The notes beneath the pieces were generated by a model. It saw only the letters and a program-made list of their open reading frames with translations, was not told the origin of the DNA and searched no databases. Both the position numbers and the translations under genes were made by a program. This document shows, in pieces, positions 1 to 10,182 of a stretch of 64,000 nucleotides of DNA. Each line of letters opens with the position of its first letter. The first letter of the stretch is position 1. The stretch lies in the sequence record LR756504.1. The stretch is one strand, 5' to 3'.

Positions 1-693
1 TGGTTTATTGTGCTTACCTTCTTTTTGTAATCTATTTATGTTATGTTCTTTATAAGCATTTAATATTTCATAAAATTCATTACCAAATCTATACCCTTCA
101 TCATATTTAATAGTGATAGAAATATTACTCATTTTAGGGTATAATGTAGCTGTTATATTTTGTTCAATATTATCTTCTTTTTTAAAAGAAAATGAACATA
201 CCGTATATGTAGTATCGTCAAATACAGTTTCTTCAAATATATTGAGATTAATTACTTTATATTTAGATAGAAATTCTTTTCTAAATTCATTATCTTCATC
301 AGAGAAGAAATTTATTGGTATAATTACAATACCACCATCACAACTAATAAATGATTTAAGAGAAGCTTTGTATAAGTCCGAGACATTCCATTTTTCGTAT
401 AATGATTTATCTTTATTCTTATTTTTTGCAAGATACGGTGGGTTTGTTATAACCCATTTATCTGTATAATCTAATGGATTATTTAATGTATCTCTTTGAA
501 TAGTGCCTTCAATTTTAGGTTCAATATCATATATATCAAAGAAGTGTGTAGGAAACAATTTTACTAAATCTCCAGCACCAACAAAAGGCTCAATAAGCAT
601 AGTATCTGAGGGGACATCATTTATTAGAGTGTTTATTATATAATGGCTATTTGTAGTATAGAATTGACCATATTGCTTTTTTAAATTAGACAT
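1..693 (-). CDS. N6-adenine DNA methyltransferase, 3'-partial (runs off window start; missed by ORF track)
   Basis: Manual translation from ATG at 693: MSNLKKQYGQFYTT...LIEPFVGAGDL (motif I)...WVITNPPYLAK (motif IV NPPY)...IIPINFF...FEETVFDDT; open to position 1. Confidence 0.88.
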   Translation of the reverse strand, partial: MSNLKKQYGQFYTTNSHYIINTLINDVPSDTMLIEPFVGAGDLVKLFPTHFFDIYDIEPKIEGTIQRDTLNNPLDYTDKWVITNPPYLAKNKNKDKSLYEKWNVSDLYKASLKSFISCDGGIVIIPINFFSDEDNEFRKEFLSKYKVINLNIFEETVFDDTTYTVCSFSFKKEDNIEQNITATLYPKMSNISITIKYDEGYRFGNEFYEILNAYKEHNINRLQKEGKHNKP

Positions 694-744
694 TAATTAA
701 CAATATTTTCTAATTATATAGAAAATGTATAATTAGTTTTAAAT

Positions 745-774
745 AAAAAAAGGCTAAATTACTTTAGCCTTTTT
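745..774. terminator. Bidirectional intrinsic terminator
   Basis: aaaaaaaggctaaa-ttac-tttagccttttt hairpin with A/T tracts on both sides. Confidence 0.75.
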
Positions 775-792
775 CATAAATGTAAGCATTTA

Positions 793-1473
793 TTACAATG
801 CTTTATCAATATCAGCTTTGAAGCTATAAGAATCTGTAATAACGATGTTAGTTTTATTAGAGAACCTTTCTTTCAAATCTGCAATTACTCGTGGAGTATA
901 ATATGTTCCATCAAGTACAGCTACAAATAAATTATTATTGCTTCTTGATTTAGAGCCTTCTGTTAGGAAGTTCAAAACATTTCCAAATTGTCTATCTTGT
1001 CCACCACCTTGACCAGTAGTGAATTTTAGAGTGCTATATACATTAACACCTTTGTATGTATATGCTGTATCGACAGAAGTACTTTCTTTTCTAGCTCTTA
1101 CAGTTTTAATAGAACCATTTTCCACATAAATGTTACCTGACAATTTTTCAAAATCAGTTGTAGATTTTAGTTGTCTTTCAATAATGCTAATTTGATACTT
1201 TTCAGCATGATTTTGTTTTGTTGTGCTTTTAGCATAATTGCGAGCAAGTCTTTCGCTTTTTTTCATTTCACGGAAAATTGCACTTGGATCATCATTCATT
1301 CTTTTTGCATCATTGTTGATTCTTGTTTGAGCATCCAATGGAAGTTGAGTGATGGTTCTTGCTGTTGCAACCTCATTTAAAAAATTGTTAACATTTTTCA
1401 TTCTTCTGTTATCCATGATTCTTTTGATAATAGAATTGAATTTTAATCGATTTGTGCTTTTAGTTTTTTTCAT
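793..1473 (-). CDS. Putative type II restriction endonuclease (PD-(D/E)xK-like)
   Basis: Directly upstream of the MTase on the same strand; SVD...STLK followed by GQGGGQDRQ and VAVLDG resembles REase active-site spacing; family not firmly identified. Confidence 0.45.
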   Translation of the reverse strand: MKKTKSTNRLKFNSIIKRIMDNRRMKNVNNFLNEVATARTITQLPLDAQTRINNDAKRMNDDPSAIFREMKKSERLARNYAKSTTKQNHAEKYQISIIERQLKSTTDFEKLSGNIYVENGSIKTVRARKESTSVDTAYTYKGVNVYSTLKFTTGQGGGQDRQFGNVLNFLTEGSKSRSNNNLFVAVLDGTYYTPRVIADLKERFSNKTNIVITDSYSFKADIDKAL

Positions 1474-1615
1474 TTGCTTAATTTTTAATAATTGAAAATT
1501 GTTTTAATTATGACTTCTACACAAAATTTAATATTAGTTTTAAAAAAATATAATAAAAAAAGTTTTATAACTATATAAGTTATTTTTTAAAATATATTAA
1601 ATTATATATACTATT

Positions 1616-3016
1616 ATGAATATTTTATCATTTTTATATGGATTGTTACAAGAAAAAGAAATTATTTTAAGTGATAACCTCCTTTCGCTTCTTAAAGATA
1701 TGAATGATGTTATTGCAAATCATTTAATAGAATTGCAAGGTAAATCGGATATGGCTTATAGTTTTATTGACATAGCAGATGATGGTATGGTATCATATTT
1801 ACCATCTAATAGAGAAAAAGGTTTATCTGATGATGAAAAATGGAGTAAAGGCAGACAAAAAGTTAAAATTGGAAGATTCGTTAGAGCAGTATTAGAAAAA
1901 GAAAATATCAAATATACAGATTATCAAATTGATTTATTCGTAAATAAGTATTTAGCAATACAGAGAAAAAATAATAATCAATACACTTTTAAATTAGTTA
2001 GTGGTAATGAAATTCCTAAATGGTATCTACAAGATAACTATCATGGAAATTTCGAAGAATCACATACATTATGGAATAGCTGTATGAGATATGATTCATG
2101 TCAAACATACTTTAAAGTGTATGAAAGAACACCATCAATCAAACTATTAATACTTTTAGATAATACTACTCAAAAACTTGTAGGAAGAGCTTTAGTATGG
2201 ACTAAATGTGAACCATTGGATGGAGATGTTACAAATACATTCATTTTTATGGATAGAATATATTGTTATAAAACATATATGGAAGAATTGTTTAAGAATT
2301 ATGCTAAAGAAAATAATTGGTGGTGGAAAGAACAACAAGATTCAGGAGCAGGAACAGGAATCACTAATGGTAGAATAGGTAAAGTTAGAAAATTTAAAGT
2401 TGAAATTAGTGATTTAGAAACTGGTGAAGATAGACCTTTCATGGATACACTCAAATACTATGTTCCACACGAAGGTATATTAACAAACGACGGATCTTAT
2501 GATAGCATTACAGAAATATGGGAAAGTACCGATGGATTTTACACAACACCTATGGACGAATATGATAGTGATCCATGGGATGATGAAGATGATTATTTAA
2601 ATGAAAATATATCTAAGTTTAAATATCTAAAAACTTTTGAATCTTTTCATGAAGATGAAGAAGAAGAAGAAGAAGAGGATGATATTTATCAAATATTTAA
2701 TAGTATTGGTAAAACGATGTATGTTGATGTACCTAAACTAACAGAGTATATTAAAAAAATTGATAATAGAGTTAATAATATTCATGTATCATTTTATAAT
2801 TCAACTTTCGACGATAGTGTCTATTTAAAATTAGAATTTTTTGATAATGGTAAAAAAATGCAAGGTGAAATAGTAAATATTGTGTATTATAATTTTATTA
2901 AAGATATAAAACATGAACATATTGTATATGTACAACGAATTGTTAATAATTCGATTACTGGTAATTTAATGTTAAAATTCACATTTAATATAGAAGAAGT
3001 AAAACTTATAAATTAA
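1616..3016 (+). CDS. Conserved phage protein with SCMR...GRALVW...MDRIY domain, acidic linker and a second C-terminal domain
   Basis: 466-aa ORF; motifs WNSCMRY, VGRALVW, FMDRIY; preceded by TTATATATA. Confidence 0.6.
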   Translation: MNILSFLYGLLQEKEIILSDNLLSLLKDMNDVIANHLIELQGKSDMAYSFIDIADDGMVSYLPSNREKGLSDDEKWSKGRQKVKIGRFVRAVLEKENIKYTDYQIDLFVNKYLAIQRKNNNQYTFKLVSGNEIPKWYLQDNYHGNFEESHTLWNSCMRYDSCQTYFKVYERTPSIKLLILLDNTTQKLVGRALVWTKCEPLDGDVTNTFIFMDRIYCYKTYMEELFKNYAKENNWWWKEQQDSGAGTGITNGRIGKVRKFKVEISDLETGEDRPFMDTLKYYVPHEGILTNDGSYDSITEIWESTDGFYTTPMDEYDSDPWDDEDDYLNENISKFKYLKTFESFHEDEEEEEEEDDIYQIFNSIGKTMYVDVPKLTEYIKKIDNRVNNIHVSFYNSTFDDSVYLKLEFFDNGKKMQGEIVNIVYYNFIKDIKHEHIVYVQRIVNNSITGNLMLKFTFNIEEVKLIN

Positions 3017-3017
3017 T

Positions 3018-3371
3018 TTATTCATAACTTGATAATAGTATCATATCACCATCAGTTTTGTTAACTATTAATGCCCCACCATTATCATTAACTATAGTAC
3101 AGAATTTTTTAGCATTTTCTCTATCAATTTTAAGAAGAATTTCCATTACATACCTATAATTTTGACCATCACAATAAATAATAGCTACTTCTAATATGTC
3201 AAGATTTTTCAAGAAATCAATAGCATTGTTAGTAAAATGAAGTTTATCCTCTTCCCCACAGACAGTTTTATAGTATTCTAAATCTGAAATTGGAATTAAT
3301 CGTATATCCGCATCCTCTTCGTTCAATAATTTTTGAGTATATCCAGAAATTCTTAATAAGTTTTCTATCAT
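3018..3371 (-). CDS. Hypothetical protein
   Basis: 117-aa ORF, convergent with the previous gene and filling the gap. Confidence 0.6.
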   Translation of the reverse strand: MIENLLRISGYTQKLLNEEDADIRLIPISDLEYYKTVCGEEDKLHFTNNAIDFLKNLDILEVAIIYCDGQNYRYVMEILLKIDRENAKKFCTIVNDNGGALIVNKTDGDMILLSSYE

Positions 3372-3475
3372 ATTTCATAAATATACATGTTTTTATGTAT
3401 ATACCACAAATATAATGAAAAAATGAAACAAATACAATATTTCCCATATAATAGTTTCAAACATATTTAAAAACC

Positions 3476-4207
3476 ATGAAAAACTATCTAATATATGACT
3501 GGGATGATAATTTGTTACATATGGATACCGAAATCTTTGTTGAATTTAATGATAATGGTGTATGGAAGGAGATTGCTATCACATCTTCACATTATAGAAT
3601 AGCAAGAAAAAGTCCTTTATATCGCCCCACAGAAAATGGATATAGAAATTGTCATGGTAATGGTCCTGAGTTCTTAAATGACGTTAAGAAGGCTATTAAA
3701 GCGAAGGCTTTTGGCCCAAGTTTCGATTCACTTATTAAATCTCTAATAAGTGGTAATATATTATCTATAATTTCAGCTAGGGGACATGATTCTAAAACAA
3801 TTAGAAGTGGTATTGAATACATAATTTCGCATTGTCTATCAAAAGCAAATATTGAAGATATGTTAGAAAATCTTAAACAAATAAACATAAATACCATAGA
3901 AGAATATTTAGATACTTGCATTTATGTAGGAGTTTATTCGCCTGAGTTTTTAAAAACTATATCAAGTGATATAGAAGACAATACAGAAAGTTATAAAAGA
4001 ATTGCAGTAGAAAGAAGTTTCGATTTTTATTTAAAACATAGCACTCAATTTGATTCTACTATTAGTATCGGATTTTCAGACGATGATAAACACAATGTTA
4101 TTAAAATAACTGAATACTTTAAAGAACTTAAAGTTAAGTATCCACATATAGAACTCGCTATATTTGACACATCCGAAAAGAAACACGAAAAATTAATTAT
4201 CGACTAA
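3476..4207 (+). CDS. HAD-superfamily phosphatase-like protein
   Basis: Motif I YDWDDNL, motif II ISARGH, motif IV FSDDDKHN. Confidence 0.7.
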   Translation: MKNYLIYDWDDNLLHMDTEIFVEFNDNGVWKEIAITSSHYRIARKSPLYRPTENGYRNCHGNGPEFLNDVKKAIKAKAFGPSFDSLIKSLISGNILSIISARGHDSKTIRSGIEYIISHCLSKANIEDMLENLKQININTIEEYLDTCIYVGVYSPEFLKTISSDIEDNTESYKRIAVERSFDFYLKHSTQFDSTISIGFSDDDKHNVIKITEYFKELKVKYPHIELAIFDTSEKKHEKLIID

Positions 4208-5012
4208 GTAATAATTTTATGTGTGTTTCATCCTTTAACTCAATATTAAAATCATTCTCTACTTGTCTTTTTAAAAATGGTAGAGTAAATGATTCATAAT
4301 ATAATTTAGTCCAACTAGCAGGAATTTTTCTTTCTAATGTTTCTCTTGTTATAGGAACATAATTTTCTATAAGTTCTCTATCCCAATTGTCATAATAGCG
4401 ATACTTTAATAAAAAGTGAATGAAATTTCTTCTATTGGAATTTATTGGCCCCCAATAATTTTCAAATGTTGTAATAATATCTTTGTTAGAAATATTAGAT
4501 TTTATTTTTTCATAGTCACTATCAGAAACGGGCATTCTTTCAAGTTTTGATGATGGTATCATATCTCTGATAGCAATATATTTAAAATTAGATTTAAATA
4601 CTCTATTCCAAAATAAAGAAATATCAGCACTATTACTATATGAGTATACTTCGTGTATAACACTAGATAGAAGTAATAGAGGTGAATTATATTGACTAAT
4701 GATAGATAATATATCTTCCCATTTAGTAGTAAAATATCCATTTGGAACTTTTTGTTTAGCTTTATCTAACATATTTGCATTTAAATCATAACCAATAAGT
4801 TTAATGTTAGGATTTACATTTTGAATTTCTTTTAATGTAGAACCATCAGCACAACCAAAATCAACAATGACATCAGGAGTAACATAATTCAAGAAAAATA
4901 TTTTATCATCAATTGTTTTAGACATAGCAACATTGTAATCATCCATATCTTGGATATAATGTTTTTGATTACCCCATCTTTCTAAAATATATTCAGCAAA
5001 ATTTTTCAACAT
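4197..5012 (-). CDS. Class I SAM-dependent methyltransferase with capsid-targeting-like N-terminus
   Basis: VIVDFGCADG (motif I), IGYDLNANML (motif II), LSSVIHE; N-terminus MLKNFAEYILE. Confidence 0.8.
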   Translation of the reverse strand: MLKNFAEYILERWGNQKHYIQDMDDYNVAMSKTIDDKIFFLNYVTPDVIVDFGCADGSTLKEIQNVNPNIKLIGYDLNANMLDKAKQKVPNGYFTTKWEDILSIISQYNSPLLLLSSVIHEVYSYSNSADISLFWNRVFKSNFKYIAIRDMIPSSKLERMPVSDSDYEKIKSNISNKDIITTFENYWGPINSNRRNFIHFLLKYRYYDNWDRELIENYVPITRETLERKIPASWTKLYYESFTLPFLKRQVENDFNIELKDETHIKLLLSR

Positions 5013-5013
5013 A

Positions 5014-6582
5014 TTATACTAATTCATATATTTTATAATCACCTACAATATGATATTTTCTATCTTTAGTATAAAATGTCAAGAAGTATGGGTGGTTATC
5101 ACCTATCATTTTTTTAACTATTAAGCAATCTTGATTTTCTCTAATAAAATCTATAACACTATTTTCGTAATAATCTTTTATTATTTCATTAACCTTACGT
5201 TTAATTACAGTCTCATTACCTTTTATCCCATCATCTTTTCCAAATTTTTTGAAATCAAAGTAATTTAAAATATTTGATTCGATAGATTTTATTATTTTTT
5301 TAGATAATGGTTTTTTAAAATAAAAATCACCATTAATACATTTTTCAACAAAATTGTCTGTATTTTTAGTGATATAAAATAGTCTATCATTTTTTGTATT
5401 TGCACGATAAACACCATCGCCACATTCTTCAATATCTTCAATATCAAATTTGTATAGTGATAATAAGGCTTTAACCTCTTCATTATTTGGATTTTTTACA
5501 CTATTTAAGCTATCTAAATATGGGTAATCCAATTCATCAGGAATATTAAAATAATAATCAATTCCGCTATAATTAGATTTCATACCAGTATATTTAGTTA
5601 TAATTCCGTAAAACATTTTTTGTAATTTAGTCCAATTATTATCCAAATATGGATATATCTGATCAAAGAATATTTTACCTTTAATATTTCTAATTATACA
5701 TCTTGATACTGATGTTATAGGATTTATATTACCTTCTTTGTCTGTAAATGGTGTATTGAAAATTAAATATGCAACTTTCATATTATTATCAAATACATTT
5801 GATAATAATCGGCTATTGTATTCACCATTATACAAATTTTGACAAGAATCATAGAAACGAGAAATAGACATATTTAAAATATCAGATGGTTTAGATGTTA
5901 TGTATAATTCCATATCGAAATTTTTAAACATATCCATATCTAAAATTTCTTTAGATACTGAATAAAAATTATTAACAGTATAATCATCTAAAGGATTTGG
6001 AATATTCGCAGATGTGAAAATTTCATCATACACATCAATGAATGTATTGAACGAGGATTTGTTTTTATTAAAAACTATTTCATTAGGTTTTTTAGAAACT
6101 TTTTGTATTTCACCATCTTTAGTAATTGGAACACCATTACTATCTCTTAAAATTTTTTCAGATGATTTTGTTTCTTTAACATTTATTGTATAAAAGTTAT
6201 TACTATAAAATTTATCCAGCATTACAGCTACATCTATTGCATTCTTAGGTAAAACAAATGATATACTATTATCTGTTTTAGATGCATTAAAAGCATTTAT
6301 GAATTGTGTATTCATTTGCGATAAACATGATTTAAATACTCTAAAAACATTTTTTATATCGATGTCATCGAATATTAATCCAATGATAGCATCCTTTTCT
6401 TCTTTAGATAACACCCATTTTCCTTCTTTAATATTTTCTGTTTTAGAAGGTACATCCATATCTAAGAATTTTTTAGAATCTTCACCATAAATGTATTCTA
6501 AAGCATTTATATGATGTTTAGGTAATTCATCTCTTAAAGCTTCTCTTTCTAATAAAAATTGATAGAATTTTAAAATACTCAT
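5014..6582 (-). CDS. SCQ-family protein, paralog 1 (unknown function)
   Basis: LYITSKPSDILNMS..FYDSCQ..Y, SRCIIR, KIFFDQIYP; colinear with the ORFs at 21852 and 23525. Confidence 0.7.
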   Translation of the reverse strand: MSILKFYQFLLEREALRDELPKHHINALEYIYGEDSKKFLDMDVPSKTENIKEGKWVLSKEEKDAIIGLIFDDIDIKNVFRVFKSCLSQMNTQFINAFNASKTDNSISFVLPKNAIDVAVMLDKFYSNNFYTINVKETKSSEKILRDSNGVPITKDGEIQKVSKKPNEIVFNKNKSSFNTFIDVYDEIFTSANIPNPLDDYTVNNFYSVSKEILDMDMFKNFDMELYITSKPSDILNMSISRFYDSCQNLYNGEYNSRLLSNVFDNNMKVAYLIFNTPFTDKEGNINPITSVSRCIIRNIKGKIFFDQIYPYLDNNWTKLQKMFYGIITKYTGMKSNYSGIDYYFNIPDELDYPYLDSLNSVKNPNNEEVKALLSLYKFDIEDIEECGDGVYRANTKNDRLFYITKNTDNFVEKCINGDFYFKKPLSKKIIKSIESNILNYFDFKKFGKDDGIKGNETVIKRKVNEIIKDYYENSVIDFIRENQDCLIVKKMIGDNHPYFLTFYTKDRKYHIVGDYKIYELV

Positions 6583-6587
6583 AATAC

Positions 6588-6608
6588 TATATATTTAAAT
6601 AATATATA
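6588..6608. promoter_or_regulatory. Back-to-back putative late promoters (AATATATA on each strand)
   Basis: tatatatt at 6588-6595 and aatatata at 6601-6608, 5-6 nt upstream of two divergent ATGs. Confidence 0.55.
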
Positions 6609-6614
6609 CATAAT

Positions 6615-7478
6615 ATGGACGAAATAATTTTCTTTGATATTGATTATACTTTAATTATACCCGAATCAAAATTATCTATTATTGATAAAGAAAATCCAGG
6701 TGAGGTAATAATGAGAATTAGTAGTTCTGATATACCACTTTTAACATCAGTGTGGAAAAAATTTGACATTATGATAGAATATAATGGTAAAACTTTTTGG
6801 TTAAGTCCTGATTTACTCAAATCAATAAAAAGGAAAGTTAATGGTATTACATCTAAAAGAATAGGTATTAGTTATAGAGAATGGTCAGATAAAGAAATTT
6901 TAGAAAAACAATCAAAAGGATTAGAATTCTTACTTTACAATTTACAGAATTTAAAAGATAGTGGAATACCAGTAGTTCTTTTAACAGCAAGAGGTTCTAA
7001 AGAAAATCATGATAAATTCATTAATAAAATTAAAGATGAAATATACACAAAGCTTAGATTACCTGTTATAAAAGAATACTTTATTAATGATATAGAATCT
7101 CAAACAAATTCAGATTTGATAGCATCGAGAAAATCTAAAATAATATTAGAACATCTTATTGGATATAAAATAAAAAGCAATCGTTTTATAGATTTAAAAC
7201 AAAGTGAATACGATAAAGTTAAATTTTATGATAGTGATGATAAAAATATTGAGGCAGTTAAAAATTTACAAACATTGCTTGAGATATGTTTAAATAATAC
7301 AGATAAATCATTAAAATCTCAAATAATGCAAAGACTTAAATATTCTAAATTAGAATGGGAAACAAATTTAGTTACAAATAATGACTTGAATCCATTTATA
7401 ATTAATACTAATTCTTTAATTTATCCTTATGATTCAACTGTTGATTTATTTGAAAATTTTGGGAGAAAAGGATTTTAA
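6615..7478 (+). CDS. HAD-superfamily phosphatase-like protein
   Basis: IFFDIDYTL (DxDxT), LLTARGS, FYDSDDKN. Confidence 0.7.
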   Translation: MDEIIFFDIDYTLIIPESKLSIIDKENPGEVIMRISSSDIPLLTSVWKKFDIMIEYNGKTFWLSPDLLKSIKRKVNGITSKRIGISYREWSDKEILEKQSKGLEFLLYNLQNLKDSGIPVVLLTARGSKENHDKFINKIKDEIYTKLRLPVIKEYFINDIESQTNSDLIASRKSKIILEHLIGYKIKSNRFIDLKQSEYDKVKFYDSDDKNIEAVKNLQTLLEICLNNTDKSLKSQIMQRLKYSKLEWETNLVTNNDLNPFIINTNSLIYPYDSTVDLFENFGRKGF

Positions 7479-7964
7479 TTTTTTAGTAATTACTACTTCA
7501 CTAGTTGTGAAAAAAACAGATACGTTATATCCCTTCCAAGAATAAATATCTTCACCTACAAATTTTAATACCTTATTTGGTATAATATAGTCATTATTTT
7601 TATTATGATATTCTGCAATAAATTGTAGAACATACCATTTCGCCCTCATTTCATATTTGAAGTTGTATATTCCATGCTTTTTAGCTGTATCTATAGCCCA
7701 CTTATCGGCTAAATATTCAAACATGTAATCAGGTGAACTATCATCTATTTTTTGACCAGTTACAATATGTCCAATTTCATGTAAACAAACTAAAAAATCT
7801 TCAATTGAATCAATAACGGGTATTTTAATCTCTTTGCTATCTACCCAAGCTCTTCCAACGGATGTTGTGAAACGGTCATTTAATATACTGACTTTGTAGC
7901 GTTTAGCGTAACGCCAAACAATAGCCTCAAGTTCATCGTATTTATTTTTAACTGATCTTTTCAC
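7446..7964 (-). CDS. Zincin-like metallopeptidase (ImmA/IrrE-like)
   Basis: CLHEIGH (HExxH) plus downstream EYLADKWA. Confidence 0.7.
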   Translation of the reverse strand: MKRSVKNKYDELEAIVWRYAKRYKVSILNDRFTTSVGRAWVDSKEIKIPVIDSIEDFLVCLHEIGHIVTGQKIDDSSPDYMFEYLADKWAIDTAKKHGIYNFKYEMRAKWYVLQFIAEYHNKNNDYIIPNKVLKFVGEDIYSWKGYNVSVFFTTSEVVITKKLKSFSPKIFK

Positions 7965-8041
7965 TAAGGTTATATATAAAAATGACAGTAGAGTTTTGCT
8001 TTATGTGATTAATTTTTGAAAATAATTGCTTAAAAATCACA

Positions 8042-8218
8042 TTATTTTAAATTATTTTCTGTAGATGTTGGATTTATTGTATTTAGAGCATCCTTACCTT
8101 CATCATTTATCATATCAATAAAAGTTTGAAATTTCCACATTTGCCAATTATCTATTGTATCATCTGATAAATTATAAGGATATTGGTATAACACCTTCTT
8201 ATTTCTTAATAAGTACAT
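8042..8218 (-). CDS. Small baseplate hub assembly protein (gp51-like); likely start 8218 overlapping the upstream stop
   Basis: Position after the gp26-like gene; YNLSDDTIDNWQMWKFQTFIDM resembles such chaperones. Confidence 0.45.
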   Translation of the reverse strand: MYLLRNKKVLYQYPYNLSDDTIDNWQMWKFQTFIDMINDEGKDALNTINPTSTENNLK

Positions 8219-9206
8219 CAAAGGCATTTGGAAGCATGAAAAGATTTTTGAGTCTGATGGGGTATATTTTATTGGTGGTAATTGTTCGCTTACCCACATT
8301 TTTTTTTAGTCCTCTAATTCCTATTTTTAGATGATTTGTTATTAAGTCGTGAAGAAAGGAGAACTCATCGGGTGTTATATGATTCTCAAACCAATGATAA
8401 AATTCATCAAGCTCTTCATAAGACATATAAGAAACGTGTGGTTGTAAATATGGACATATTCTAAAGAATTCTTTATTTATACTTTCACCATTCTCAATTT
8501 TAGATTTTGCATAAACATCAAAACACCTTTGAATACCTATTGTAGGAGGTGCTATAACGTAAGAATCCTCTTTTAATTCAGTTTCAAAGACAAATGCTTT
8601 CTTTTCTTTAGAAAACCATCCCATTATATCCTCATTTCTATAAATATCCATATTAGCTCTAACTAATTCAATATCAACATTTTTAATATTTTCATCTTCT
8701 TTATATTCTACATTTACAGTAAGAACTTTACCTTTTGGAAATGTTTTTTCTCTAATCATGTAAATCATCCACAATCTATCACCATTGAATAAATTTGTGT
8801 AATCACCTGGTGTTCCATCTGGATGATTAAATAAAATGCAATTTTCTAAAATGTCATTTATTTTATCTTTAAAATCTAAAATGCTTGATTCATCCAATGT
8901 GGCAAAATGTTCGATTTCTTTTACTTTTAAATCTCTAAATTGAATTCTTGTACCAGTATAATAAAAATCACCCATAGGCAAATCTGATAATATAACATCT
9001 TCAAACATTATAGATTTCGCATTATTAGCTATCACGCTTGGTTTTGGTATAACCCTTGGTTTTTCTGCTTTAGGAATAAAAGGAGATACTACGGACTCTT
9101 TAGGTTGTGTATTAGGTAATGATGGTGGCGGTGTAGCATTATTATTTGGTTGAGATAATAAATTATCCAAATAATCTTTATATGAGTCTTCTTTTTTACT
9201 TGACAT
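8199..9206 (-). CDS. Baseplate hub subunit (gp26-like)
   Basis: IQFRDLKVKEIE and DRLWMIYMIREKT motifs; directly downstream of the tail tube gene. Confidence 0.65.
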   Translation of the reverse strand: MSSKKEDSYKDYLDNLLSQPNNNATPPPSLPNTQPKESVVSPFIPKAEKPRVIPKPSVIANNAKSIMFEDVILSDLPMGDFYYTGTRIQFRDLKVKEIEHFATLDESSILDFKDKINDILENCILFNHPDGTPGDYTNLFNGDRLWMIYMIREKTFPKGKVLTVNVEYKEDENIKNVDIELVRANMDIYRNEDIMGWFSKEKKAFVFETELKEDSYVIAPPTIGIQRCFDVYAKSKIENGESINKEFFRICPYLQPHVSYMSYEELDEFYHWFENHITPDEFSFLHDLITNHLKIGIRGLKKNVGKRTITTNKIYPIRLKNLFMLPNAFDVLIKK

Positions 9207-9255
9207 CGGTAAAAGAGATTTTTAGTTATATATTTGGTTTATGTGGTCTCCATAA

Positions 9256-9280
9256 AAAAACCTCTTAAAAAGAGGTTTTT
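9256..9280. terminator. Bidirectional intrinsic terminator
   Basis: aaaaacctct-taaaa-agaggttttt. Confidence 0.75.
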
Positions 9281-9290
9281 ATTATTTTAA

Positions 9291-9854
9291 TTATTGTTTA
9301 ATATCGTAATATTGGTCAACCGCATAATCTGCAACGAATTTAGCTGTACCACTAATAAATTCATTGTTTGTCCAGTTAAATGACATACCATTTAATCCTG
9401 TCAATTGAACGTTTTTGAATTCAGTTCTTCTAACAACTACACCTTCTCTATCATGAATATGCGCTACAATAGAACCTATCATATCTCTTTTGTAGTGAAG
9501 TTCACCTGTTTGTGTATTATGTGCTAAGTCATACCACTTCTTCATATAGTTCCAAGTTCTGATTGAAAATTGATTATCTACGTTAATGTTGAAGTTTATG
9601 TCAAAACTAAATGAAGTTTTTTCAGGTTGTTTCAAATAAACTCTATCACTAAATTTAAACTTTTGTGTACCTGTAGAAATATCTGGTGTTAAATCCAATG
9701 TAATATTCAAAGCATTGAGCATCATTATTCTGAAATCATCCTGTGTCAGGCCTAAAATAGTTGGAAATGTGAAAGTAACTTCAAACAAATTACCATATAA
9801 AGGCTCGTGTAAATCTGTTCCTGTTGGTGTCTGGCTTGTAAAATGTGGCAACAT
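9291..9854 (-). CDS. Tail tube protein (gp19-like)
   Basis: MLPHF...EPLYGNLFEV, WYDL..N..TG..HYK.D motifs; 187 aa; downstream of the sheath gene. Confidence 0.85.
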   Translation of the reverse strand: MLPHFTSQTPTGTDLHEPLYGNLFEVTFTFPTILGLTQDDFRIMMLNALNITLDLTPDISTGTQKFKFSDRVYLKQPEKTSFSFDINFNINVDNQFSIRTWNYMKKWYDLAHNTQTGELHYKRDMIGSIVAHIHDREGVVVRRTEFKNVQLTGLNGMSFNWTNNEFISGTAKFVADYAVDQYYDIKQ

Positions 9855-9912
9855 ATTTAAAACATTTTAATTTTAATTATATATAAAGTATCGAAATCGG
9901 AAAAAAGAAAGG

Positions 9913-10182
9913 ATGCGAGATAGATGTTGGAGAAGACATACAGAAGATAAAAAAGTGCTTAAAAGACTCAAAAACTCAAGAATTTATCAGTTTTATGTCT
10001 ATTACCCACACTTCTGTGTACATACTATAAAATGGTATAATTTAATAGGAACACCAACGCATCACTTATATAAAACAACTGTTTCTAAGTATAAAAATAA
10101 GTGGAGGTGGGATAATAAGTATTATAGAACATCACATAAACAAGAATTTATTAACACATTAAAATATGAAGGAGTTTTATAG
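9913..10182 (+). CDS. Hypothetical basic protein
   Basis: 89-aa ORF overlapping the start of the next ORF. Confidence 0.5.
   Translation: MRDRCWRRHTEDKKVLKRLKNSRIYQFYVYYPHFCVHTIKWYNLIGTPTHHLYKTTVSKYKNKWRWDNKYYRTSHKQEFINTLKYEGVL

Noticed and set aside
2651-2680. GAA microsatellite
   Set aside because: It simply encodes a poly-Glu linker
8199-8307. Programmed frameshift at the A9 run joining the gp26-like and gp51-like ORFs
   Set aside because: The downstream ORF is in the +1 frame, the -1 frame stops within a few codons, and an ATG at 8218 explains it by coupling
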